Origin: an uncultured archaeon
Lineage (GTDB): Archaea > Asgardarchaeota > Thorarchaeia > Thorarchaeales > CAZPUN01
Reading direction: 5' to 3'
NCBI GenBank assembly: GCA_964589775.1
Contig: CAZPUN010000017.1
Coordinates: 1 to 32,000, forward strand
DNA: 32,000 bases
Positions 1-8,613 of the stretch are shown in pieces. The number at the start of each line of letters is the position of its first letter. Within the stretch, counting starts at the first letter, position 1. The notes under the pieces were generated by a model. The model saw only the letters and a program-made list of their open reading frames with translations. It was not told the origin of the DNA and ran no database searches. Position numbers and translations under genes: made by a program.

Positions 1-40
1 GAATTATAATTACTTGTTTATACTCAAAGATGTCACCCAA
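1..40 (-). CDS. pth2: Peptidyl-tRNA hydrolase Pth2, 5' fragment running off the window edge
   Basis: Not in the ORF track. Minus strand has a GGTGA Shine-Dalgarno, then TTG-GGT-GAC-ATC-TTT-GAG-TAT-AAA-CAA-GTA-ATT-ATA-ATT = MGDIFEYKQVIII, matching the typical archaeal Pth2 N-terminus (FEYKQVIVVR). Only 13 codons are visible. Confidence 0.6.
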   Translation of the reverse strand, partial: MGDIFEYKQVIII

Positions 41-64
41 GGAGATTCACCAAAAATAAGAAAA

Positions 65-529
65 TTATAGGTCGAATATTTTTTCATCGTATTCTTCAGA
101 TGATTCTACAGGTGCTGATTCCTTGATTACAGGAGGCTCTAGATCTTCATCAATCTTTTCTTCTGATGAGGGAACAATCTTACGAGTCACATTCTTTTGA
201 ACAAGTTCAACTATTTCTTCCATTTGTTCAGTAGTCAGAGACACCGACGGGTCAATTGCAAAAAGAATTCGTAGCTCATCAACAATTCGAGGCGCAATAT
301 TGATAATTTGCACAGCTAGTGTCCTACTGAGACCATACTTTTTCATGAGTTTCTCTAAGACTTTTGCGGCATTTGAGGGGGACATTTTTGAAAATCTATT
401 TGCATATTCTAATGCAACTCTTTGCTGATACATAAGGTCACTCATTTTTGATTCTTTTGCTCTTTTACTAAGAATTTTCTTAACAATTGGAAGAGGGAGC
501 TCTTCCGATTTTAGGACACTCTTTGGCAA
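65..529 (-). CDS. rpo4: DNA-directed RNA polymerase subunit Rpo4 (RpoF) with an acidic C-terminal extension
   Basis: YQQRVALEYANRFSK and AVQIINIAPRIVDELRIL motifs; directly downstream of rpl21e. Start moved to TTG at 529, 7 nt after GGAGG. Confidence 0.9.
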   Translation of the reverse strand: MPKSVLKSEELPLPIVKKILSKRAKESKMSDLMYQQRVALEYANRFSKMSPSNAAKVLEKLMKKYGLSRTLAVQIINIAPRIVDELRILFAIDPSVSLTTEQMEEIVELVQKNVTRKIVPSSEEKIDEDLEPPVIKESAPVESSEEYDEKIFDL

Positions 530-542
530 ACATAGGCCTCCT

Positions 543-836
543 TTAACCACGATTTGGAACCAAATGGTCTGGACGTACAATTATGGTCTTAATCTTATTT
601 CCTACTTTTACATCAACAACATATGCACGACCACGTTGCCCTTTAATTACACCAGTAAGCCCATGAAATCTCTTATGTGGTTGTCCCTTTTGTACACTTG
701 GGTCAATAATAATATTTACACGATCACCAGGATGATAATCAATGAGCATACGACCAAGTGGTGCAATTCCCTTCTTGCGAGGATGCTTTGTCATAATTTT
801 TCTTGAACGACTACGATAACCATGAGACTTCTTCAT
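543..836 (-). CDS. rpl21e: 50S ribosomal protein eL21
   Basis: MKKSHGYRSRSR...IDPSVQKGQPHKRFHGLTG...KTIIVRPDHL. Confidence 0.98.
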   Translation of the reverse strand: MKKSHGYRSRSRKIMTKHPRKKGIAPLGRMLIDYHPGDRVNIIIDPSVQKGQPHKRFHGLTGVIKGQRGRAYVVDVKVGNKIKTIIVRPDHLVPNRG

Positions 837-954
837 TGTTAATACGTCCTCTAATTTTTTTATCTATTAAGCATTAATGATTTTATAAATAATAATCTTT
901 GTCTAAATCATAAATAAATCTTCTTAAACATTTTGGTAGGAATCAAAAAAATCT

Positions 955-2307
955 TTAATGTTTAATTCCACGTTCAACGATTACAACATCCAATTCTTCG
1001 CAGATTGCGGGAGAGTTAAGTAATTCAGAAATAGAAGGCGAGGTACGACCATCATCTCCAGAAATTAATTCTTTTACGTAAAGACCACCCTGACAATTTA
1101 TTCGTAATTTCATATGGTGGCTATCTAATTTAATGCCTTCAATTTCATATACACGCTTCACGCGCATAAGGTCTGCCCTTCGATTCAATACGCGCTTGGG
1201 CGTTTTTTGATGAATATCTATATTTACAAATGTACGCTCAATAAGATCAATATCATCATCGGTAATTTCTCGTTCCACATATACTAAAGCTTCATAGACT
1301 TTACGCGAAATTGGAGATTTTTCTTTAAGCTCCTGAAGTACCTTGCGAGACGAAAACTGTAAATCACTAACTTCAACTTTTCCTTTTGCGTTCTCATTAA
1401 TAATTTGTTCAATCTTTTTAAGATCAATAGACCGCACCATAGGATTAGAAATTTCAACTACAAAAGGACGCCCGGTACCAAGCATACGTGCATCAACATC
1501 TTCACGCCCAGCTGCATGAAACTTATAACGCGTCCCCTTTGCTTCTTTCAAGATAGGAGGACAAATAAATTCTTCAATTGATTCATCATAATATCTACCC
1601 TTATAATTACATTTCTCACATCCTTTTCCACCGCAATATTTACAGATCCATTTTGCCTGTGAAATTCCACGCACTAACTTTTTGTACCGACCATAAACGA
1701 AAATTGGATTTGTATTTATTTCGATTGAAAAATCAGATAGATTTACCAAGATTACCATGTGTGGATTTTTTAGATCTACTGTCTTATGGAAGACATTCTG
1801 AAGCGCCTTACCTAAACTTCTATTGAATTCAGATTTTAGTGGTTCAGCGAACTCTAAATTAAACAGCGCACGTAAATCATCTTCAAACTCTTGAATGTGA
1901 GGCGGTACCACAGACCCGACTAAAAATGTATCAAATTCGATTTGCTCAGACATTTTCACAATTTTGGGTATTAATTCAGGAATTTTATCAAAAATAGAAC
2001 CATGTTCAATACTGCATATAGAACATTTAGACTTTGAGGAAATTTCAATTTGTGCTTTTTCTAATACTTTTCGAGCAGGCTCAAACATACCATTTTCTGC
2101 AAGAGTCTTTAATGAGCTTATTACCTCATTATCCTTATTTATTAATTTTTGATGCAGTTCCATAGTAAGTGCCAACTTAATAGCAAAACCACGACTTTGA
2201 TTTGTCGTTGCTGTTGCAAGCCATGCAAATTGTCGGCCTAAACATCTATCACATAATGGAAACTTTTCTAGTATTTTTAACGCAACATCGAGAACTGCAT
2301 CATCCAT
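955..2307 (-). CDS. pus10: tRNA pseudouridine(54/55) synthase Pus10
   Basis: LCDRCLGRQF N-terminal Zn site, THUMP-like middle region, GRYKKLVRGISQAKW, catalytic FHAAGREDVDARMLGTGRPF, GGLYVKELISGD. ATG at 2307 fits the GGTGA spacing better than TTG at 2313. Confidence 0.97.
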   Translation of the reverse strand: MDDAVLDVALKILEKFPLCDRCLGRQFAWLATATTNQSRGFAIKLALTMELHQKLINKDNEVISSLKTLAENGMFEPARKVLEKAQIEISSKSKCSICSIEHGSIFDKIPELIPKIVKMSEQIEFDTFLVGSVVPPHIQEFEDDLRALFNLEFAEPLKSEFNRSLGKALQNVFHKTVDLKNPHMVILVNLSDFSIEINTNPIFVYGRYKKLVRGISQAKWICKYCGGKGCEKCNYKGRYYDESIEEFICPPILKEAKGTRYKFHAAGREDVDARMLGTGRPFVVEISNPMVRSIDLKKIEQIINENAKGKVEVSDLQFSSRKVLQELKEKSPISRKVYEALVYVEREITDDDIDLIERTFVNIDIHQKTPKRVLNRRADLMRVKRVYEIEGIKLDSHHMKLRINCQGGLYVKELISGDDGRTSPSISELLNSPAICEELDVVIVERGIKH

Positions 2308-2378
2308 AGACAATCACCTTTTAACATAGTTTTCCATATACATATATCTAAAAAGTATTAGCCTATATACAAAAGATT

Positions 2379-3239
2379 ATGGAAGATATACAAGCACTTG
2401 AAAGACTATTATTTGAAAATGAATATAGAATAGGCTCAAAAAATCTCTATTATGCTGAAAAAGATAGATGCAAATGCAATCCATTCATAAAAGCTCTACA
2501 AATTATAGAGAAAATAAAAGAAAATAATAATGGAACAATCCATATAATTACAGGTTTCCCAATTAGCTGCTCATCTTTTGGCGAAACTGATGGACCATTA
2601 GGTGCGATAATACTTGCAGAAATGTTCTATGACTTGAAAATGAAACCAATAATAATTTCAGACAAATATATGATACAACCAATAAAGAAGATTATTGATC
2701 ATATAAAGTTAGAGATAGAATTATACGATCAATATTCTTGGACCTATGACACTGCGGTTCTATTTGTTACTATTGAAACCCCAGGACATGCTATAGACAA
2801 CAAGTATTATTCAATGAAAGGTTTGGAAATAAATTATGCAGCAAAATTTGATTTAATAGTTGAAAAAATGTTACATAAAATCCCAATAATTTCAATAGGC
2901 GATGGTGGAAATGAAATTGGAATGGGAAACATATATGATGCAGTTATTAAACACGTACCTCAAGGTTTGAAAATAGCAAGCGTAGTGAAATCAGATATAT
3001 TAATCGTATCTCAAATATCCAATTGGGGTGCATATTTATTAGATCATATTGTACGATCGCATTTTTCCCTAACAAAAAAACATACGCCAGAACGGGAAGA
3101 GAAATTTCTAAAAATATTAAATAGTGCAGGAGTCGTTGATGGAGTTACATGCCTTAGAGAACCCACAGTTGATGGCATAAATATAGAAATTCATAAGGAA
3201 TTTATCAGGAATCTAAACAAAATGAGGATAATGAAATGA
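2379..3239 (+). CDS. DUF4392 / D-glutamate cyclase-like domain protein
   Basis: ITGF, ETDGPLGA, IGDGGNEIGMG, SNWGAY and DGVT motifs. Confidence 0.85.
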   Translation: MEDIQALERLLFENEYRIGSKNLYYAEKDRCKCNPFIKALQIIEKIKENNNGTIHIITGFPISCSSFGETDGPLGAIILAEMFYDLKMKPIIISDKYMIQPIKKIIDHIKLEIELYDQYSWTYDTAVLFVTIETPGHAIDNKYYSMKGLEINYAAKFDLIVEKMLHKIPIISIGDGGNEIGMGNIYDAVIKHVPQGLKIASVVKSDILIVSQISNWGAYLLDHIVRSHFSLTKKHTPEREEKFLKILNSAGVVDGVTCLREPTVDGINIEIHKEFIRNLNKMRIMK

Positions 3240-4426
3240 CGAACGCAATCGTAATTGGTGGAGGACCTGCAGGACTTATTTATGCAGAAACATTAGTACG
3301 TTATGGACATGATGTAATTGTATTCGAAGAACATTCAGAAATAGGATATCCGGATCATTGTGCAGGATTACTTAGTATTACAGGGTTAAATCGTATAAGA
3401 ATAAAACCCCCAAACAAAACAATACAGAATATAGTATATGGAGCAAAAATTTACTCTGCAAAGGGTTATCCAATAGAAATACGAACAAAAGAACCAAAGG
3501 CGTATGTACTGAATAGAGCAAAATTTGATAAATTTTTAGCTGAACAAGCTGAAAAGAAAGGCGTGCAAATTAACTTGAATACAAAAGTATTAAACATAAA
3601 TCGATTTAAAAGCAAGTTCTCAGGCATTTCGTATCGTAAAAATAATGAAATAAAGGAAATAAATGCGGATTTAATAATTAATACTGAAGGTGCATACGGC
3701 AGAATAGCAAAAAAACTAGGAATAGATACAGTATCAGATCAAAACAAGATTCCAGCAATACAGTATGAAATGGAAAATGTAGATGTAGATAGAAACGTAG
3801 TAGAATTGTATTTTAATAATAAAATTGCAAATGGTCTCTTCGCATGGATAATACCTACAGGGAAAACCACCGCACGTGTAGGATTAGCAAGTAAAATAAG
3901 ACCGGCAAAAAGTCTTGCATGGTTTGTTAATAAGAGTGTATTTAAAGACCGATTTAAAAATGCAAGAAAAATTAGACAATTTGGAGGAATAATACCAATT
4001 ACATTACCCATTAAAGACTTGGTTATTCAAAATCTAATAAATATCGGAGACGTAGCAGGTCAGGTTAAAGCAACCACAGGTGGGGGCGTTATTATGAATG
4101 GGCTCGCCGCACGAATTGCAGCCCAAGTAAGCCATGAATATTTCATTCATGAACAAAAATTGAAAACCTTGAAGATGTATCCAAAGATCTGGCGAAAATA
4201 TGTTGGATTAGATTTATGGTTGATGTATCGCGCACGAAAAGTACTAGATAATATCAACAATCCAACTTTAGACAATTTATTCAAAATCATAAAATATGCA
4301 GGCATTATAAAAGATATTGAAGCAAAGGGTGACATGGATTTCCAACGAGACGCAATACTTTCTGTAATAAAAAGTCCAAAAATTGTATTTTCATTGATTA
4401 CACCAATAATACGAAGTTTTCTTTAG
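3236..4426 (+). CDS. Geranylgeranyl reductase family FAD-dependent oxidoreductase (archaeal lipid side-chain reductase-like)
   Basis: GGGPAG Rossmann motif, HCAG, RAKFDKFLA, FAWIIP, GDVAGQVKATTGGG; ATGA overlap with the upstream gene. Confidence 0.88.
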   Translation: MTNAIVIGGGPAGLIYAETLVRYGHDVIVFEEHSEIGYPDHCAGLLSITGLNRIRIKPPNKTIQNIVYGAKIYSAKGYPIEIRTKEPKAYVLNRAKFDKFLAEQAEKKGVQINLNTKVLNINRFKSKFSGISYRKNNEIKEINADLIINTEGAYGRIAKKLGIDTVSDQNKIPAIQYEMENVDVDRNVVELYFNNKIANGLFAWIIPTGKTTARVGLASKIRPAKSLAWFVNKSVFKDRFKNARKIRQFGGIIPITLPIKDLVIQNLINIGDVAGQVKATTGGGVIMNGLAARIAAQVSHEYFIHEQKLKTLKMYPKIWRKYVGLDLWLMYRARKVLDNINNPTLDNLFKIIKYAGIIKDIEAKGDMDFQRDAILSVIKSPKIVFSLITPIIRSFL

Positions 4427-4495
4427 AAAAAGCATAACTTTTTTTATTAATTTGACTACATATTTCATAGGAAAATAGAGAGAGTTGAGATAAGA

Positions 4496-5047
4496 ATGAG
4501 CAGTGAGAGGCATTCAAAACGAGAAGATTATGCATATGTGCTAGCAGTAGTACCGGATATTAGAAGTAGAGAAGATGTTCTTCAGGTAATTGGAGATCGG
4601 TATTTCTCACTGCTAGAGGTCATTCCAATGAAGGGGAAAAGATTTGAAATTGGAGAACGTATATTTTTAGGCAGAGGGGAACGAAAAAAAATTGAACGCG
4701 TAAAGCGTCGCATAAGATATAGCGATCTTTCACAAGAAGCAGAAGAAAACATACAAGAAGTATTAGAACAAATAATAGAGAGGAATGAACCATATTTTGT
4801 AAATTTCTTCAATAATGCTAGACCAATCACTACACGCCTCCACTCACTTCAATTATTACCAGGAATCGGAAAAACACTAATATGGAAAATAATTGAAGAA
4901 CGTAAAAAAGAGCCATTCAAAAGCTTTGAAGATATATCAAACAGAACAAAAATACAAGACCCTAAAAGAATGATCGCAAAACGCATAATTGAAGAATTAA
5001 AGGGAGACTGCAAAAGATATCTATTCGTAAAGGGACAAACAAACTAA
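4496..5047 (+). CDS. DUF655 family predicted RNA-binding protein
   Basis: EDYAYVL, FSLLE, FVNFFNNARPITTRLHSLQLLPGIGK (HhH), FKSFEDI; usual position before ksgA. Confidence 0.95.
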   Translation: MSSERHSKREDYAYVLAVVPDIRSREDVLQVIGDRYFSLLEVIPMKGKRFEIGERIFLGRGERKKIERVKRRIRYSDLSQEAEENIQEVLEQIIERNEPYFVNFFNNARPITTRLHSLQLLPGIGKTLIWKIIEERKKEPFKSFEDISNRTKIQDPKRMIAKRIIEELKGDCKRYLFVKGQTN

Positions 5048-5061
5048 GCAGGAGATAAAAC

Positions 5062-5904
5062 TTGTTTTTATCAAAATCATCAACAATACAGTATACAAAA
5101 GAAATACTACAAAAATATAATATCCGCCCCAGTAAAAAAATGGGGCAAAATTTTTTGATTGATCCCGAGATTGCCAAACAACAAGTTATGTTTGCAGATT
5201 TAACAAGTGATGATGTTGTTTTAGAGATCGGTGGGGGGATTGGGATTCTATCATATTATATTGCAGAATATGCAAAAAAAGCAATAGTTATTGAAAAGGA
5301 TAAACGCCTTTGTGAGCATTTAAAACAAATGTTCAGTACATCATTGAATGTAGAAATAATTTGTGATGATGCATTAAAGATTGATTTACCAAAAGTAGAT
5401 AAAGTAATTTCTAATTTACCATATTCAATCTCATCAGACATTTTATTTAAAATAATAAATGAAACTCAATTTAAGATTGCAATTTTGATGTTGCAAGAGG
5501 AGTTCATAGAACGTATTTTAGCAAAGCCAGGAGACTCTAATTACGGAAGGTTATCAATCGGGGTAAAAAGATATTGTGATGTTAGAATTTTAAGAAAAGT
5601 ATCTAAATATGCATATTTTCCAGTTCCAAAGGTGGACTCAACAATTATCGAATTGATCCGCAAAAACAAAAAAGTAGATTATACTTTTGAACAAATTTTT
5701 TATTATACTGTAAAAGGTATTTTTAATTTCCCACGAAAGACCGTAAGAGCAGCAATAGTACAGTGGTTGAAAAGAAAACCGGACATGCTATCAAAAGTAT
5801 TACAATGCATAGAAGTTAAAGATCTCATGGAAAAAAGAGTAAGACACATTACCATAGAAGATATTGAGCAAATATCCAAATGTATTCAGAGGATTCAAAA
5901 TTGA
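5062..5904 (+). CDS. rsmA: 16S rRNA adenine dimethyltransferase RsmA/KsgA/Dim1
   Basis: KKMGQNFLID, VLEIGGGIG, SNLPYSIS, YGRLS, FPVPKVDS; TTG start after GGAGA. Confidence 0.96.
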   Translation: MFLSKSSTIQYTKEILQKYNIRPSKKMGQNFLIDPEIAKQQVMFADLTSDDVVLEIGGGIGILSYYIAEYAKKAIVIEKDKRLCEHLKQMFSTSLNVEIICDDALKIDLPKVDKVISNLPYSISSDILFKIINETQFKIAILMLQEEFIERILAKPGDSNYGRLSIGVKRYCDVRILRKVSKYAYFPVPKVDSTIIELIRKNKKVDYTFEQIFYYTVKGIFNFPRKTVRAAIVQWLKRKPDMLSKVLQCIEVKDLMEKRVRHITIEDIEQISKCIQRIQN

Positions 5905-6515
5905 AAAAGATAATAAAAACAATAGAAAGTGATGATTACAAAATCGATGTTTTTCCACATGTATATATACCTGCAGAAGATACATATATGATAATTGATA
6001 ATTTAAATATAAAGCCGGGTAGCAATATATTGGATTTAGGCTCAGGCACTGGAATTTTGAGCGTTTACGCATATAAATTTGCTAAAAGATTAGTTTCTAT
6101 CGATCTGTCGCCATATGCCGTAGAAAATACATATTGGAATTTAAAACAAAACGATATGTTAAGAAAATCTTGCATAATTCAAGCAAATTATACATATAAA
6201 CTACCCATTAAACATAATTTTGAAATTATACTTTTTAATCCACCGTATCTACCAAAATCCCAAGAGGATACTACAGATCTGTGGCTTAGGAGGACATGGA
6301 GCTCAGATGAAGGCATAAATGCAATATATAATACAATTAAGAACAATATTGATCTTTTTACAAATAAGACAGAACTATATTTACTTATTTCAACCCATAC
6401 AGGACCGAAACATATTTTGAACTTTTTGAAGAAATATAAATTATCAGTAGAAATAATAGATGAACAGTCGTTCTTTTTTGAAAAATTAATTTTACTTAAA
6501 GCCAGAAAATTATAA
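5901..6515 (+). CDS. HemK2/PrmC-type protein-glutamine N5-methyltransferase
   Basis: VYIPAEDT, LDLGSGTG, FNPPYLP and FFEKL motifs. Likely TTG start at 5901 overlapping the rsmA stop (track gives 5880). Confidence 0.88.
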   Translation: MKKIIKTIESDDYKIDVFPHVYIPAEDTYMIIDNLNIKPGSNILDLGSGTGILSVYAYKFAKRLVSIDLSPYAVENTYWNLKQNDMLRKSCIIQANYTYKLPIKHNFEIILFNPPYLPKSQEDTTDLWLRRTWSSDEGINAIYNTIKNNIDLFTNKTELYLLISTHTGPKHILNFLKKYKLSVEIIDEQSFFFEKLILLKARKL

Positions 6516-6595
6516 TCTTGTTTTTATCACTTATGAAAACTTTAAAATATGAAACATAGTTTGATGAAATTAAATTAAAAAATGAGGGAAAGTAT

Positions 6596-7324
6596 ATGGC
6601 AGAAAACCAGGAAGCCACCCCAAAGACAGAACAAGAAGAGATGACTGTCAAGAATGGTGACTTGATATATATCGATTATATTGGAAAGTTAAAATCAGAC
6701 GGAAAAATATTCGACACAACATTAGAGGATGTCGCCAAAGAAGCAAACATCTATAATGCAGATGAATATTACACACCATTACTCGTTGCTGTCGGAAATG
6801 GGTGGGTAATTAAAGGATTAGACGAAGCACTCGTGGGTATGAAAAAGGGAGAAACAAAAACAATTGAAGTCCCACCTGAAAAAGCATATGGCGAACGAAA
6901 TCCAAAATTGAGAAAAACCGTCTCGCATAAGGAAATCCGTAAGCAAGGAATCACGCCACAAGTTGGAGTACGTGTTAGAATAGGAGATAAATATGGAACA
7001 ATAGTTCATGTTGGCGCTGGACGTGTCATTGTGGATATGAATCCCCCACTAGCAGGAAAAACCTTGATTTATGAAGTTACTGTAAAAGAAATACTCACAG
7101 ATCCAAAAGAGAAAATTTTAGCATTCATTAAGAGAAACATTCCTGCAATTGAAAAAGATACGGTAAAAATTGAAATAAAGGATAAGATTGTAGAAATTGA
7201 ATTACCAACGGCTGCACTCCTTGCAGAACATATACAGTATGCGAAAGTTGGAATAGCAAGTAGTATATTTAAATACATTGAAAATATAGAAGAAGTGCTA
7301 TTCATCGATCGCATTAAAAAATAG
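6596..7324 (+). CDS. FKBP-type peptidyl-prolyl cis-trans isomerase (long archaeal SlyD-like type)
   Basis: IDYIGK, FDTT, VIKGLDEAL, PPEKAYGER, VDMNPPLAGKTL plus a C-terminal extra domain. Confidence 0.95.
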   Translation: MAENQEATPKTEQEEMTVKNGDLIYIDYIGKLKSDGKIFDTTLEDVAKEANIYNADEYYTPLLVAVGNGWVIKGLDEALVGMKKGETKTIEVPPEKAYGERNPKLRKTVSHKEIRKQGITPQVGVRVRIGDKYGTIVHVGAGRVIVDMNPPLAGKTLIYEVTVKEILTDPKEKILAFIKRNIPAIEKDTVKIEIKDKIVEIELPTAALLAEHIQYAKVGIASSIFKYIENIEEVLFIDRIKK

Positions 7325-7325
7325 C

Positions 7326-7781
7326 CTAACTTACTTTTCTTAATAAAACAAGAGACAAGGAGTGCTTCTCCTTACATTTTTCTTTAAATTTGTTATCCAT
7401 TATTTTAATAATCTTAACTTTATCGCCTTTTTCTAAGCCAATTGGCTCACATAGATCATGATAAGGACATGCATAATTCTCGCAAACTATAGGCTCATAA
7501 GAAATTATTGCATTTACAAACACATTCCGTGAAGGAATCACAACTTCGATCTCGGCAGGTCGAACACGTACAACACTTACACGCCCATGAATCGGACATT
7601 CATGGATAACATCACGTACTTCAATTATTTCGTAAATCGTTCTAGGATTTAAATTATCTATACAAACGGGTTTTAAATTACAATTATTACATTCTGAAGC
7701 AGCTTGTGTAAATAAGAATTTGAAACCAATCTTCGCTTGCTTTTCACCGATTAGAGTAAATACTGACAGATCATCAACCAT
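7326..7781 (-). CDS. UPF0179 family protein
   Basis: TLIGEKQAKIGFKF, CxxCxLxxVC, HECPIH, CxxxxCPYHDLC. Confidence 0.9.
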   Translation of the reverse strand: MVDDLSVFTLIGEKQAKIGFKFLFTQAASECNNCNLKPVCIDNLNPRTIYEIIEVRDVIHECPIHGRVSVVRVRPAEIEVVIPSRNVFVNAIISYEPIVCENYACPYHDLCEPIGLEKGDKVKIIKIMDNKFKEKCKEKHSLSLVLLRKVS

Positions 7782-7908
7782 AATTCATCCCAACAATTCA
7801 ATTAGGTATATATTGAAGATATATAAAGCCAACTAATGCAATAAATCATGTAGCTAATAAGAATATAGTTTTTTATGTATTTTTTAAAATTGTTGAAAAT
7901 TTTCTTTT

Positions 7909-8059
7909 GTGTGGAGATTAAATAGGAAAGTCAGATATTAATGGGTGACCCACAATAAAAGGTGAAATCAAAAATGTACTCTCCACCCAATGACCCGCCC
8001 GACTTCCCATGGTAAAAACCATGGATCAATTTAGGGATGGCACCACCCGCCATCCACAC
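7909..8059. ncRNA. Candidate structured RNA element (GC-rich island with several helices)
   Basis: Perfect stems GGATGGC/GCCATCC (8035-41/8049-55), CCATGGT/ACCATGG (8007-13/8018-24) and GTGTGGA/TCCACAC (7909-15/8053-59). Long helix 7998-8008 with 7925-35 and 7983-89 with 7942-48 that pairs fully only on the minus strand, using G-U. Flanks are very AT-rich. Confidence 0.4.
7974..8015 (+). CDS. Putative 13-aa proline-rich micro-ORF MYSPPNDPPDFPW
   Basis: GGTGA Shine-Dalgarno (7961-65) 8 nt before the ATG; followed by hairpins and a T-tract. Confidence 0.3.
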   Translation: MYSPPNDPPDFPW

Positions 8060-8184
8060 TCATATTCTTTTTTATATAATATATAAATATCCGATAAATA
8101 ATATAAAAATAATCTTAATTTTTTGAAAAATATTAATAAAGATAAGTTTAAATAACAGAAAAATAAACATAAACATGATACAAA

Positions 8185-8601
8185 ATGATATTAGGATACA
8201 TTATTATTTCATCAGAAGGTTTATTGATACATTACAAATTCTTTTCAGAGATTAATAAGAATGAATCAGAATTATCTTTATTTGCGGGAGGAATTACAGC
8301 AATACAGTCATTCGTAAATGAAATTTTAAAGAAAGATATTGATCATATTAAAGCAGGAGACTGGACAGTTACTTTCGTACATAGCAAAAAATTCAAAGTA
8401 TTAATTATTGCGACTTCTACAAATAATATGGCAAAAGGAATTGCAAAAAAGATAAAGGACATCATAGAACCAATTATTGGAGAATATAACGGGATAATCG
8501 ACAACATACTCACTGAAAAAATTAATGATATTTTATCACAAAAAATAGATAGTGACATTGATAATATAAACAAATCATTTTCAAATATACATTATATATA
8601 A
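8185..8601 (+). CDS. Longin/roadblock-like (profilin-like fold) small protein of the type common in Asgard archaea
   Basis: Pattern IIISSEGLLIHYKFF ... LFAGGITAIQSFVNEI ... IDHIKAGDWTVTF ... KVLIIAT, then a helix; fits the beta-beta-alpha-beta-beta-beta-alpha longin topology. Confidence 0.65.
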   Translation: MILGYIIISSEGLLIHYKFFSEINKNESELSLFAGGITAIQSFVNEILKKDIDHIKAGDWTVTFVHSKKFKVLIIATSTNNMAKGIAKKIKDIIEPIIGEYNGIIDNILTEKINDILSQKIDSDIDNINKSFSNIHYI

Positions 8602-8613
8602 GAGGTCTTTAGA

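Noticed and set aside
7921-8010. Resemblance of AGGAAAGTC / GGGAAGTCGGGC to the RNase P RNA conserved region I
   Set aside because: The element is too short and lacks the ACAGAA-type 3' conserved region.
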